Assembly: GCA_016215405.1 (NCBI GenBank)
Contig: JACRJQ010000008.1
Span: 124,898 to 188,897, forward strand
DNA: 64,000 bases
Origin: Candidatus Tayloriibacteriota bacterium
Lineage (GTDB): Bacteria > Patescibacteriota > Minisyncoccia > Phycocordibacterales > UBA6065
Direction of reading: 5' to 3'
Part shown: positions 46,360-55,559 of the stretch, piece by piece
How positions within the stretch are numbered: position 1 is the first letter of the stretch
Layout: each line of letters opens with the position of its first letter
Translations under genes and position numbers: made by a program
The notes under the pieces: model-generated
What the model was told of the DNA's origin: nothing
The model's database searches: none
What the model saw: only the letters and a program-made list of their open reading frames with translations

Positions 46360-46413
46360 TCTCGAAGTTTTGTCATGGTATCATGGCGCGGATATTTTTG
46401 CTATATTCTCCGC

Positions 46414-46725
46414 ATGTCTAAGAGATTCATCCGTACGATAGAGGACTTCGTCTGCGAGCGTTGCGGCAAGAAGGTTGAGGGAACTGGCTATACGAACCAC
46501 TGTCCAGCATGTCTGTGGTCGAAGCATGTAGACAAGAACCCGGGAGATAGACTCGAGGCCTGCGGGGGAATGATGGAGCCTTTTAGGGCGGAGAGAGAAG
46601 GGAAGAGGGACCTCATAGTATTTAAGTGCCTTAAATGCGGATTTCAAAGGAGGAACGAGCTATCGGCCAAAGACGATTTCGAAGCCTTCATCGCTATCAT
46701 GAAAAAGGCGTCCGCCGAAAGATAG
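46414..46725 (+). CDS. RNHCP-domain-like zinc-ribbon protein
   Basis: MSKRFIRT...CERCGKK...NHCPACLWSKHVD...CLKCGF Cys clusters; ~103 aa. Confidence 0.55.
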   Translation: MSKRFIRTIEDFVCERCGKKVEGTGYTNHCPACLWSKHVDKNPGDRLEACGGMMEPFRAEREGKRDLIVFKCLKCGFQRRNELSAKDDFEAFIAIMKKASAER

Positions 46726-47131
46726 TCAAGATGGGTTTCCTTGCGGCCCAAGAGAGCTGTTTGACAAAATTTATATAAGTTATGGAATACGGTTTCGCTT
46801 GAAAGAAAGCCGCTCTCGGACTCCTCGGCGAACGGCCTTGTCGGGAGAGGTATTACAAAAAACATCGATAATCGATCTGTGTCAACATGCCGAGGGCCCT
46901 TTGACAGGAGCTTTACGGATATTGCTCCTTTGAATGAATCTCTCTTTTGGGGCGTATAGTAGATGCGAAGGGCGGGAGACCGGCCTTCGAGAAAGGTCGT
47001 CGGTTTATACGCGAAGTTAAACGACAACGTTAAATACCATGGCAGATACCAATCGAGATCAGAAGAAGAACCCTAACAATAAGGAGAACCAGGAAGGCGG
47101 AAACAACCAGCAGTAAGCTATCTCCGCGATG

Positions 47132-47168
47132 AAAGCCTCCAGACACCCGTCTGGAGGCTTTTGTTTTT
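47132..47168 (+). terminator. intrinsic terminator
   Basis: AAAGCCTCCAGAC-ACCC-GTCTGGAGGCTTTTGTTTTT. Confidence 0.55.
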
Positions 47169-47198
47169 ACCGCTTCTTTGATAGCATGGATTTCGCTC

Positions 47199-47269
47199 GC
47201 GGGCGTAATTTAGTGGTAGAATGACTGCCTTCCAAGCAGTAAGTCCGGGTTCGATTCCCGGCGCCCGCA
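47199..47269 (+). tRNA. tRNA-Gly (anticodon UCC)
   Basis: Acceptor GCGGGCG/CGCCCGC, anticodon stem ACTGC/GCAGT with loop CTTCCAA, T-arm CCGGG-TTCGATT-CCCGG. Confidence 0.85.
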
Positions 47270-47311
47270 CAAATGAAAAATCCCTTCAGGGGGATTTTTC
47301 ATTTGTGCGGG
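47264..47311 (+). terminator. 21-bp hairpin using the tRNA-Gly 3' strand (CCCGCACAAATGAAAAATCCC-TTCAG-GGGATTTTTCATTTGTGCGGG)
   Basis: Same architecture as at 45314-45361, with compensatory changes in the distal stem. Confidence 0.5.
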
Positions 47312-47460
47312 CGAGAACGTCTGGTAGACGTTCGTCCAGTGATCGAAAAGGTTCTGCTATGTTTTCGAGGATTTCCATCCGAAAAAACGGGAGATCTGTA
47401 CTGCGGCTGTAAGCCGAGATATTCCGGCGCCCGAGACTAGAAGTGATTATAGATAAAGTG

Positions 47461-47483
47461 AAAGCCCCGCTATGCGGGGCTTT
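47461..47483 (-). terminator. intrinsic terminator after hup
   Basis: AAAGCCCCGC-TAT-GCGGGGCTTT. Confidence 0.55.
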
Positions 47484-47496
47484 TACGAGAGGAAGC

Positions 47497-47769
47497 TTAC
47501 TTAACAGCGTCCTTGAGAGCCTTTGCTGCGCGGAACTTCGGAACCTTCATAGCAGGGACGGAGATCGTCTCGCCCGTGCGTGGGTTTCGTGCCTGGCGAG
47601 CCTTTCGGGTCTTTACAGAGAAGATGCCGAGGCCTGCGATCGATACCTCGTCGCCCTTCTTGAGGCCAGCGACGATAGAATCGAATACCTTGTCGACGAC
47701 CTGCTCTGCCTGGACCTTCGTGGTGTTGAGGACACCGTGTACCGCTTCTACGATTGCTGCTTTGTTCAT
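47497..47769 (-). CDS. hup: HU-family DNA-binding protein
   Basis: 90 aa; MNKAAIVEAV...GLGIFSVKTRKARQARNPRTGETI is the HU arm motif. Confidence 0.9.
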   Translation of the reverse strand: MNKAAIVEAVHGVLNTTKVQAEQVVDKVFDSIVAGLKKGDEVSIAGLGIFSVKTRKARQARNPRTGETISVPAMKVPKFRAAKALKDAVK

Positions 47770-48015
47770 GACTTGCGAAAAATAACCTGCTTATAATAAT
47801 TTCCGCGCATTGTTACGTGCGCTAACTAAACACATCCCGTGTAACCGAGAGGTTATGGTCTGTATAAAGTATATATGAAGCCATATTTTCGGCAACACGC
47901 TCGAAATACGGCTTTATTGCGAACTTTACAGAAATCCCTTCGATAACGTTAAAACGGCCTTGTAGGGCCGTTTTAAACGCTAGGCTCGCTATCGATCCGA
48001 AATCGTCCCTGTGGA

Positions 48016-49545
48016 TTATCGTGCGAATTCGACGACGCGCGACTCTCGGATCACCGTTACCTTGATCTCGCCCGGATATTTAAGGTCTTTCTCTATCCTG
48101 TCGGCTATCGACCTCGCCATATTATGTGCTTCGATGTCGGTCACCGCTTCGGGTTTTACGAATACGCGTATCTCGCGGCCGGCTTGGAGGGCGTAAGCTT
48201 TTTCCACGCCCGGCTGCGCAGTAGCGATAGCCTCGAGCTCTTGGAGGCGCTTGAGATAGTTCTCGACCGAGTCGTGGCGGGCGCCAGGTCGAGCTCCAGA
48301 GATGGCGTCGGCCACCTGGACGATGATGGATTCTACCGTCTCGTAAGGATATTCCTCGTGATGGGCCTGCATAGCCTTCACGACGGCTTCGTCCGCGCCG
48401 AATTTTTGGAGGATCCTCCGCCCTATCTCTACGTGGGTCCCTTGGACCTCGTGGTCGAGGGCCTTGCCTATGTCGTGGACGAGGGCACCCGCTTTTGCTA
48501 TCTGGACGTTCGCTCCGAGCTCTTCGGCTATCATCCCCGCGATGTGAGCCATCTCGACCGAATGCTGCAGGACGTTCTGGCCGTAAGAGGTCCTGAAGTA
48601 GAGCCTTCCTAATATCGACACGATCCGCGGGTCGAGGTTCATGACGCCGGTCTCGAAGACCGCCTGCTCTCCCTTCTCCTTTATGACCTTGGCGATATCT
48701 TCCTTCGCCTTTTCGACGAGCTTCTCTATCTTCGCCGGCTGGATGCGCCCGTCTTTGATGAGCTCTTCGAGGGCCATGCGAGCGACCTGCCTGCGGATAG
48801 GGTCGAACGAAGAGAGGATGATGGCGCCGGGAGTGTCGTCGATGATGACCTCTACCCCTGTCATCCGCTCGAAGCTCTTTATGTTCCTGCCCTCTTTTCC
48901 GATGATCTTTCCTTTTATCTCTTCGGAAGGGATCGCCACCGTGGTCGAGAAGAGGTCGGCTGGGACTGAATTGCCGAGCCTGTGGATCGCGGTCGCGAGG
49001 ATGTCCTTCGCTCTGGCCTCGAGCTTGTCCTGGTTTCCCATCTCGAGCTTTTGCATGCGGACGAGGAGGTCGGCTTCGTACTTCTTCTCGATCGATCGGG
49101 CGAGCTCCTCTTTCGCCTCAGCCTCAGAGAGTCTGGCGATTCTCTCGAGAGAAGACTGCCTCTCTACGAGGAGCTTGTCCGCCCTCTCTTTTATCTCTTT
49201 GATCTCAGAGACCTTCGCCTTTACTGCTTCGACTTCCGAATCGAGGTCCGCTTGTTTCTTGTCGACCGCATCCTCTTTTTTGATGAGGCGGTCTTCGGCA
49301 GACTTTATCTTATCTTCTCGCTCCTTCGCTTCTTCGCGCGACTGCTTGAGCGTCTCCGCCGCTTTATGCTCCGCTTCGAGGACGATCTTCTTCGCTTCCT
49401 CCTGAGCGGAGAGCTCCATCTTCTTTATCTCGATCTCCATGGAGCCCTTCTTGCCGAGGGAGATGACGAGCCGCAGGTAATAGCCCAAAGCGATCCCGAC
49501 AAGCCCTGCGACGCTTGCGAGGAAGATGACTATCTTGATTGACAT
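48016..49545 (-). CDS. rny: ribonuclease Y
   Basis: N-terminal TM, coiled-coil, KH domain, HD domain (HSVEMAHIAGMIAEELG...LVHDIGKA); 509 aa. Confidence 0.9.
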   Translation of the reverse strand: MSIKIVIFLASVAGLVGIALGYYLRLVISLGKKGSMEIEIKKMELSAQEEAKKIVLEAEHKAAETLKQSREEAKEREDKIKSAEDRLIKKEDAVDKKQADLDSEVEAVKAKVSEIKEIKERADKLLVERQSSLERIARLSEAEAKEELARSIEKKYEADLLVRMQKLEMGNQDKLEARAKDILATAIHRLGNSVPADLFSTTVAIPSEEIKGKIIGKEGRNIKSFERMTGVEVIIDDTPGAIILSSFDPIRRQVARMALEELIKDGRIQPAKIEKLVEKAKEDIAKVIKEKGEQAVFETGVMNLDPRIVSILGRLYFRTSYGQNVLQHSVEMAHIAGMIAEELGANVQIAKAGALVHDIGKALDHEVQGTHVEIGRRILQKFGADEAVVKAMQAHHEEYPYETVESIIVQVADAISGARPGARHDSVENYLKRLQELEAIATAQPGVEKAYALQAGREIRVFVKPEAVTDIEAHNMARSIADRIEKDLKYPGEIKVTVIRESRVVEFAR

Positions 49546-49715
49546 GACTAATGGTCGGCCGTCTGCTTTTTAGGTCTGTATGAATATCGAGGGTCGCGGT
49601 CAGAGAGGGGAGTGGGTAGGCTATTTCAAGAGATCCAAAGGCCCTACGGCCGGTGATTTAAAAGTAGTAACGATTTCATACTACAACATGTCTCATGGAT
49701 AGCAAGGAAGGCGGG

Positions 49716-49746
49716 AACGAAAAAGCCGCGCGATCTCGCGCGGCCT
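49716..49746 (-). terminator. intrinsic terminator after clpP
   Basis: GCCGCGCGA-TC-TCGCGCGGC, with a T-tract on the minus strand. Confidence 0.55.
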
Positions 49747-49754
49747 CCTTCTCG

Positions 49755-50378
49755 CTAGATCTTCGTGGTCGGCTTGTCGAGGATCTTGTCGACGATCCCG
49801 TACTTCTTCGATTCCTCGGCGTCCATAAAGAAATCGCGTTCGACGTCTTTGTCTATTTGAGAGACCGGCTTGCCGGTGTTCTCCGCCATCATCTTGTTGA
49901 GCCTCTCGCGCATCTTGAGGATGTGCTTCGCGGTTATGGCGATGTCGGACGCCTGGCCCTCGGCCCCGCCGAGCGGCTGATGGATCATGACCTCGGCGTT
50001 CGGTAGTATGTATCGCTTGCCCTTCGCTCCGGAGGAGAGCACCCATGCTGCTCCAGATGCCGCCATGCCGATGCAGACCGTGGCGACGTCGTTTCTTACA
50101 TGCCTCATCGTGTCGATGATGGCGAGGGTCGCCGTGACGGACCCGCCGGGGGAGTTCACATAGAGCCAGATGTCCTTCTTTGCGTCTTCGGATTGCAGGA
50201 AGAGCAGTTGCGCGATGATCGTGTTCGCCATATGGTCCTCGATCTGTCCGGAGAGGAATATGATGTTCTCCTTGAGGAGGCGCGAGTAGATGTCGTAAGC
50301 TCTCTCGCCGAGATTCGTCTTCTCTATGACCGTCGGGATGAGTATGGACATGGTTTTGATGGGGTTAGGTAAGAACAC
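49755..50378 (-). CDS. clpP: ATP-dependent Clp protease proteolytic subunit
   Basis: 207 aa; catalytic Ser region [14 protein letters not shown] and His in MIHQPLGG. Confidence 0.95.
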   Translation of the reverse strand: MFLPNPIKTMSILIPTVIEKTNLGERAYDIYSRLLKENIIFLSGQIEDHMANTIIAQLLFLQSEDAKKDIWLYVNSPGGSVTATLAIIDTMRHVRNDVATVCIGMAASGAAWVLSSGAKGKRYILPNAEVMIHQPLGGAEGQASDIAITAKHILKMRERLNKMMAENTGKPVSQIDKDVERDFFMDAEESKKYGIVDKILDKPTTKI

Positions 50379-50443
50379 GATATCAAAACGAGGAAGAAGC
50401 GCAATACATTCCCTTTTTCGTGAAACTGGGTAGACTGTTACAC

Positions 50444-51142
50444 ATGCGACTTCACCGCTTCTACGTCACATCAAATATTTCTAAAGAAAAGATAAATTCT
50501 TTCTCAAATCCTGGTTTGGTCCATCAGTTGAGGCGCGTTTTCAGGTTGCACGCTGGGGACAAGGCTATATTCTTCGACGGAACCGGCGACGACCATGTCT
50601 CTGAGATCGTTTCGATGACGGATGAGAAACTCGAGTTTCGCGTGCTCGAAACATCGCCCGTGAAACCTCATTCGTCCCTGAGGCTCTCGCTCGCCGTCTC
50701 TCTTATAAAGAAGGATCATTTCGAATGGGTGATCGAGAAGGGCACCGAGATAGGAGTCTCCGAGTTCATTCCCGTCATGTCCGAGCGCAGCGAGAAGAAG
50801 GGTTTCAATATGGAGCGAGCGCGAAAGATCATGGTCGAAGCGGTCGAGCAGTCGGGGCGGACATTCGTCCCAGAGATCCGGGAGCCTATGACCCTCGAAG
50901 AGTTTCTCGCGGGAGAGAAAAGAGAGGTCGTCGCGTTTCACACGGAAGGAGCGGACCTTGCAGACGAAGACATTGTAAAGACGGGCGAACTCGTCGCATG
51001 TGTCGGTCCTGAGGGAGGGTGGTCGGAGAGGGAGGTGGAGATGTTTCGCGAGAAGGGGGCAGCGATCGTGAAACTGAATTCTCCGGTTCTCCGCGCCGAG
51101 ACTGCGGCGATCGCGGTCGCGACGCTTCTCCTTGTAAAATAG
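50444..51142 (+). CDS. rsmE: 16S rRNA (uracil1498-N3)-methyltransferase RsmE
   Basis: MRLHRFYV... PUA-like N-terminus and SPOUT C-terminus (...[15 protein letters not shown]...). Confidence 0.8.
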   Translation: MRLHRFYVTSNISKEKINSFSNPGLVHQLRRVFRLHAGDKAIFFDGTGDDHVSEIVSMTDEKLEFRVLETSPVKPHSSLRLSLAVSLIKKDHFEWVIEKGTEIGVSEFIPVMSERSEKKGFNMERARKIMVEAVEQSGRTFVPEIREPMTLEEFLAGEKREVVAFHTEGADLADEDIVKTGELVACVGPEGGWSEREVEMFREKGAAIVKLNSPVLRAETAAIAVATLLLVK

Positions 51143-51154
51143 TTTCCAAAAAAG

Positions 51155-51190
51155 AAAGCCGCGCACTTCGTGCGCGGCTTTCTTTTTCTC
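51155..51190 (+). terminator. intrinsic terminator after rsmE; 5' end of the repeat element copy
   Basis: AGCCGCGCAC-TTCG-GTGCGCGGCTTTCTTTTTCT. Confidence 0.6.
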
Positions 51191-51300
51191 TTCAACCCTC
51201 CGCCGGATCCGCGCTCTTCCGAACGAGGACATGCCCGAGGAGTAGCCTTCGAGGGACGCTTGCGCTCCGCAGTGAGGAAAGTGCGGATCGGCTAAAAAAC
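51182..51300 (+). repeat. copy of the terminator-linked repeat element
   Basis: See alignment with 6693-6835 (~75% identity over ~140 nt including the terminator). Confidence 0.55.
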
Positions 51301-51320
51301 TCTTCAGCCTTTGTCTAGAT

Positions 51321-51350
51321 GCAAAAAATCCCCAATCGGGGATTTTTTAT
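51321..51350. terminator. bidirectional intrinsic terminator after tig
   Basis: GCAAAAAATCCCC-AATC-GGGGATTTTTTAT. Confidence 0.6.
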
Positions 51351-51356
51351 CGAGTC

Positions 51357-52403
51357 TTATTTCTGCTTCTCGAGGAATTCGAACACCGCCTGATTGAGGA
51401 GGATCTGCGAGAAATAATTTCTCGCGTTCTCCTCGGGGATATCCTTGTGATGCTCGAGGGCATGCTTCACCTCTGTCTCTACCCTCGCCTTGTCCGCCGT
51501 TATCTTCTCGACGCTCGCGACGTGGTCGAGGATGAGATCGAGCTTCACGCGCTTTATCGCATCCGGCCTCCACTCCTTCTTGAGGTCGTCCTCGGTCTTC
51601 TTGAGAGCCTTGAGGTAGTCGTCGAACTTCATACCCATTCTCTCGATGTCGTGAGACATCTGTCCCTTCATGCGCGAGAGCTCGGATGCGACCAGCACCT
51701 CGGGGATCGCCACTTCGAGCTCCTTCGAGAGGGCGTCGACAAGCTCTATGCGCCTCTTCTCGACGAGCCTCTGTTTCTTCTCGGCCTCGAGGTTCTTTCG
51801 AAGCTGGGATTTGAAATCCGCGACGTCTTTGAATTCGCCCCAAGTCTTTACGAGCTCATCCGTAAGCTCGATAGGCGCTTTTTCTTTCTCGTCCGTGCCC
51901 TTCGACTTTCCGATGCGTGCGTAGTTCTTCTTTATGTCCTCGACGGCTTTCTCGACGTCTGCGTCAGTGACCTCTGCAGGCTCTGTTTTTTTCGCATTCT
52001 CTCTTTTCGCGATCGCCTTATAGTCGAATTTCGCTATCTTCGGGACGACCGCGGTTCTTACCGTGAATTCGAGGGGGTTGCCCGACGCGATCTTGGTGAT
52101 GGAGACCTGAGGCTGGCCGATAGCGTCGATCTTCTCCGCTTCGAGTATGTGACCGTATGCGTGCGAGATCGCGTGCTCGGCAGCCTCGGCGAGAAGAGCC
52201 GCTTCTCCTATCTTCTCTCTGACGACCTTCTCTGGCGCCATGCCTTTTCTGAAGCCAGGGAGAGATACCTCCTTCTTGAGGTCGGAGAGCGTGTCTTTGA
52301 CCGCGGCTTCGAATTCCTCGGCCGGGATAGAGCTTTTTATCTCGACCTCGCAGGTGTCCGCGAGCTCCTTTACCGTCGCTTTGTATGAATGATGTGATGC
52401 CAT
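51357..52403 (-). CDS. tig: trigger factor (N-terminal ribosome-binding + C-terminal chaperone domains; PPIase domain apparently absent)
   Basis: GFRKGMAPEKVV signature. ~348 aa from the internal Met (52403). The N-domain runs straight into the C-domain-like region. Confidence 0.8.
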   Translation of the reverse strand: MASHHSYKATVKELADTCEVEIKSSIPAEEFEAAVKDTLSDLKKEVSLPGFRKGMAPEKVVREKIGEAALLAEAAEHAISHAYGHILEAEKIDAIGQPQVSITKIASGNPLEFTVRTAVVPKIAKFDYKAIAKRENAKKTEPAEVTDADVEKAVEDIKKNYARIGKSKGTDEKEKAPIELTDELVKTWGEFKDVADFKSQLRKNLEAEKKQRLVEKRRIELVDALSKELEVAIPEVLVASELSRMKGQMSHDIERMGMKFDDYLKALKKTEDDLKKEWRPDAIKRVKLDLILDHVASVEKITADKARVETEVKHALEHHKDIPEENARNYFSQILLNQAVFEFLEKQK

Positions 52404-52456
52404 GTTTCTATATATATGAGAATTGCAGTCTATCCGCAAAGGACCGATTTGTCTAC

Positions 52457-52489
52457 AAAAAGCCGCCTGCCCGGAGCAGGCGGCTTTTT
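52457..52489. terminator. bidirectional intrinsic terminator
   Basis: AAAAGCCGCCTGC-CCGGA-GCAGGCGGCTTTTTG. Confidence 0.6.
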
Positions 52490-52496
52490 GCTTGAC

Positions 52497-52733
52497 CTAT
52501 TCGATCGTGTCGAGCCCAGAGAGGTCTATCTGGGTGTCCGTCCCGGAGAGGTCTGCCTCGATCGAGCTTACATCGTCCGCACCTGCAGGAGCCTTCTCCT
52601 CAGATAGCTTTCCGCCCCAGACGTAGAATGCGCCGATGATAAGGAGTATGACGATGACGATGATGCCGATCGCCGGACCGAAGGATCTCTTCGGAGCTTC
52701 GCCTGCCGGAACAGGATTCTGATTAGGTTCCAT
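52497..52733 (-). CDS. small single-pass membrane protein
   Basis: 78 aa; TM IGIIVIVILLIIGAFYVW; terminator downstream. Confidence 0.45.
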   Translation of the reverse strand: MEPNQNPVPAGEAPKRSFGPAIGIIVIVILLIIGAFYVWGGKLSEEKAPAGADDVSSIEADLSGTDTQIDLSGLDTIE

Positions 52734-52762
52734 GTATTATATTTTAATGCTTATAAACGATG

Positions 52763-53545
52763 TTAGGGGGTCGTGGTGGTCGCCTTTCCCGAAGCTCGCG
52801 CCGTGGCTTCGAATCCTTTCATCTGAGGGATCGATCCCTGGAGCGTCTTGTGGGCATCTTGGACTGCCGTCTGGGCGCTCTTGATAGCGGCCTTGAGAGC
52901 CTCTACGCTCTCCTTCGGGTTCTCTGTAGAGATCGAGACGCTCGCGATCGCGGATATCGCCGTCTTCGCCGCGGCCACTTGGGTCCCGACGAGAGAGAGC
53001 GTCGCGCGCACCTCGGATACGGCTACGCCGCGAGCCTCGAATTCCGAGAGCTTCGCTTCGATCTTAGCCTTTATCTCCTCGATCTTGGAGACTGCTTTGC
53101 CGAGGCGCTCGGCGGATTCCGTCGCGAGCCTCTGCATCCTCTCCGAAGCGTTCTCTTTGACCTCGGCCCTCGTGGTCGACGCTTTTGCTCGAAGCTCTGC
53201 CTTCGTCGTGGAGGCATTCGTCTTTCGCTCGTCTATATTAGCCTTGATCTCGGCGCGTATCTCGACCTTCTTGTCTTTGAGCTCAGCCTTTCTCGTCTCT
53301 ATTTCGCTCTTGATAGCGTTCCTCTTCGCCTCCATCTCCGCCTTGGTCGTCGAAGCAGCCGCCCTGACCTCGATGCGCTTCGCCTCGACCGCGCCCCTTA
53401 TGTCAGCCTTTACGCCTCGAACCTCCACGCGAGCGTCCGCTCTCGCAGGATCTGGCATCACGACCTCGAGCTCAGCCTCCTCGGCGAAAGCCGCGGGTGC
53501 CGCTGCGAAAAGAGCCGCTATACCTAAGATAAGTAGTTTTTTCAT
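52763..53545 (-). CDS. secreted coiled-coil protein (Ala/Lys/Glu-rich)
   Basis: Internal start MKKLLILGIAALFAAAPAAFA signal peptide, then repetitive EIRAEIKA-type heptads. Confidence 0.5.
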   Translation of the reverse strand: MKKLLILGIAALFAAAPAAFAEEAELEVVMPDPARADARVEVRGVKADIRGAVEAKRIEVRAAASTTKAEMEAKRNAIKSEIETRKAELKDKKVEIRAEIKANIDERKTNASTTKAELRAKASTTRAEVKENASERMQRLATESAERLGKAVSKIEEIKAKIEAKLSEFEARGVAVSEVRATLSLVGTQVAAAKTAISAIASVSISTENPKESVEALKAAIKSAQTAVQDAHKTLQGSIPQMKGFEATARASGKATTTTP

Positions 53546-53643
53546 ATGTATGGTTATCCCGCAGCCGTCTTTAAGGGGCCGCCGCGAGTCTCTACTAGTA
53601 TATACCAAAGGAAAAGAGAGGCTTTCGCCTCCCTTTCCCCAGA

Positions 53644-54231
53644 TTAGGCCTCGAACTTCGGCCTATATACGTTGTCGTATCTTTCCTGGCTCTCTCTTAT
53701 TATCTCCATGCCTTCGTCGGCATCGAGGAACTCTCCTACGGCTCCCGTTCCCGGCTTCTTGAGGGCTTTATAGTTCTCCCAATAGTACTTCGTCTCCATC
53801 TGGAAGTGCTCTCCGAGGTCTTTGTAGGACTTGATGTGCTCGACGCGCTTGTCGTTCGCGAGGACCGCTATGATCTTGTCGTCTACCTCTCCGCCGTCCA
53901 TGAATTTCATGGCGCCTATGATGCGTGCCTCTACGAGGGACCCAGGCACTAGAGGTTCGGTGACGCTCAGTATCTCGACGTCAAGGGGATCGTTATCGAG
54001 GTCCCACGTCGTAGGGATCGCTCCATAGGTGAAGGGGTACGCCATGGACGAATATCCGACTCGGTCGAGCTTGAGCTGTCCGGATTCGGTAATGATCTCG
54101 TATTTGTTAAGGGAGCCGGTCGACACCTCGACGATCACGTTTATGATCTTATTCTCCTCGTTCGCGAACGCCGGAAGGACGTGCAGGAGGTTGAGCATGT
54201 ACTTCGAAGGCTTGTGGTTTATGTTAGCCAT
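53644..54231 (-). CDS. ppa: inorganic pyrophosphatase (family I)
   Basis: ...NDPLDVEILSV...IGAMKFMDGGEVDDKIIAV... matches the family I PPase core. Confidence 0.9.
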   Translation of the reverse strand: MANINHKPSKYMLNLLHVLPAFANEENKIINVIVEVSTGSLNKYEIITESGQLKLDRVGYSSMAYPFTYGAIPTTWDLDNDPLDVEILSVTEPLVPGSLVEARIIGAMKFMDGGEVDDKIIAVLANDKRVEHIKSYKDLGEHFQMETKYYWENYKALKKPGTGAVGEFLDADEGMEIIRESQERYDNVYRPKFEA

Positions 54232-54251
54232 GATTCGTTTCTCTTAAGAGG

Positions 54252-55394
54252 CTATTCAGAGGAGACTTCGTCCAGAGAGGCTTCTTTGACGCCGCCGACA
54301 GGGCGGATGTCTATCTTCCAGCCAGTGAGCTTTGCGGCGAGGCGGACGTTCTGCCCCCCCTTTCCGATAGCGAGAGACTGCTGGTCCTCAGAGACCTCGA
54401 CGGTCGCGGTCTTCGCGGATTCGTCGAGCTTTATCGAAGACACCTTCGCCGGAGAGAGCGCGTCTTCGATGAACTTCTTCTGGTCTGCCGACCATTCGAT
54501 GATGTCGATCTTCTCGCCGCCGAGCTCCGAGGTCACGGTCGATACGCGGACGCCGCGCTGGCCGACGAGCGACCCGATAGGGTCTATATGAGCGTCGTTC
54601 GAGATGACCGCGATCTTGGACCTCGATCCCGCTTCGCGGGCGACAGCCTTCACTTCGACGGTCTTGTTAGCGATCTCAGGGGCCTCGATCTCGAAGAGCT
54701 TCTCGAGGAATTTAGGATGGGAGCGGGAGAGCTTGAGGAATACGCCTCGAGGAGACTCCTCTACCCGGAAGAGGAACGCGCGGATCCTCTCGCCTGGCCT
54801 GAAATGCTCGGAGCGTATCTGCTCTTCGAACGGCAAGACGCCGACGGCTCGGCCCATATCCACGAATATAGTCCCTCGCTCGATGCGCTGGACGGTGCCC
54901 GATACGATGTCGCCCTCTCTCTTGCCGTACTCGCCCAGGACGGATACCTTCTCGGCTTCGCGTATCTTTTGGATGATCACCTGCTTCGCGGTCTGAGCAG
55001 CTATCCTTCCGAAGTCGTCCTTAGGCTCGAGAGGGAAGAGCATCTCTTCGTCGAGCTCCGCCGACTTCTTTATCATGCGGGCCTCGTCCATCCAGATGTG
55101 ATGCTCCGGATTGTAGCGGACGCGCTCGTCGTCCGGGGAGAGCTCCGGCAGCTCTTCGCCTTCGGGGATGTCGATCACCCTCGATTCGTCGACTACTATC
55201 TTTACCTGGAAGAATTCGGTGGCGCCAGTATTTACGTCGAACGTGGCGCGCACGATCTGACCGCGCTTTCCATATTCCTTCTTGTATGCGGTCGCGAGGG
55301 CCGCTTCGATAGCCTCGATTATCCTCTCTCTCGGTATGCCGCGTTCCTCTTCGAGCTGGCTGAGGACCGAATGTATCACTTTTAGGTCGAACAT
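54252..55394 (-). CDS. nusA: transcription termination/antitermination factor NusA
   Basis: MFDLKVIHSVLSQLEEERGIPRE... N-terminal, S1 and two KH domains; ~380 aa from the internal Met. Confidence 0.9.
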   Translation of the reverse strand: MFDLKVIHSVLSQLEEERGIPRERIIEAIEAALATAYKKEYGKRGQIVRATFDVNTGATEFFQVKIVVDESRVIDIPEGEELPELSPDDERVRYNPEHHIWMDEARMIKKSAELDEEMLFPLEPKDDFGRIAAQTAKQVIIQKIREAEKVSVLGEYGKREGDIVSGTVQRIERGTIFVDMGRAVGVLPFEEQIRSEHFRPGERIRAFLFRVEESPRGVFLKLSRSHPKFLEKLFEIEAPEIANKTVEVKAVAREAGSRSKIAVISNDAHIDPIGSLVGQRGVRVSTVTSELGGEKIDIIEWSADQKKFIEDALSPAKVSSIKLDESAKTATVEVSEDQQSLAIGKGGQNVRLAAKLTGWKIDIRPVGGVKEASLDEVSSE

Positions 55395-55559
55395 TGTGCT
55401 GTATTGATTTTTTCTAAAAAAACGAGTCCGCCGCGAGGCGAACTTTCGATTCATATATGTTATCACGGTCAGAGGCTTCGGTCAACGCCCTTGTTCCGCG
55501 GCCTCGTATCGACCGCTACCGTGATATCATTTATCCCATAATCGATACACATACAATAT

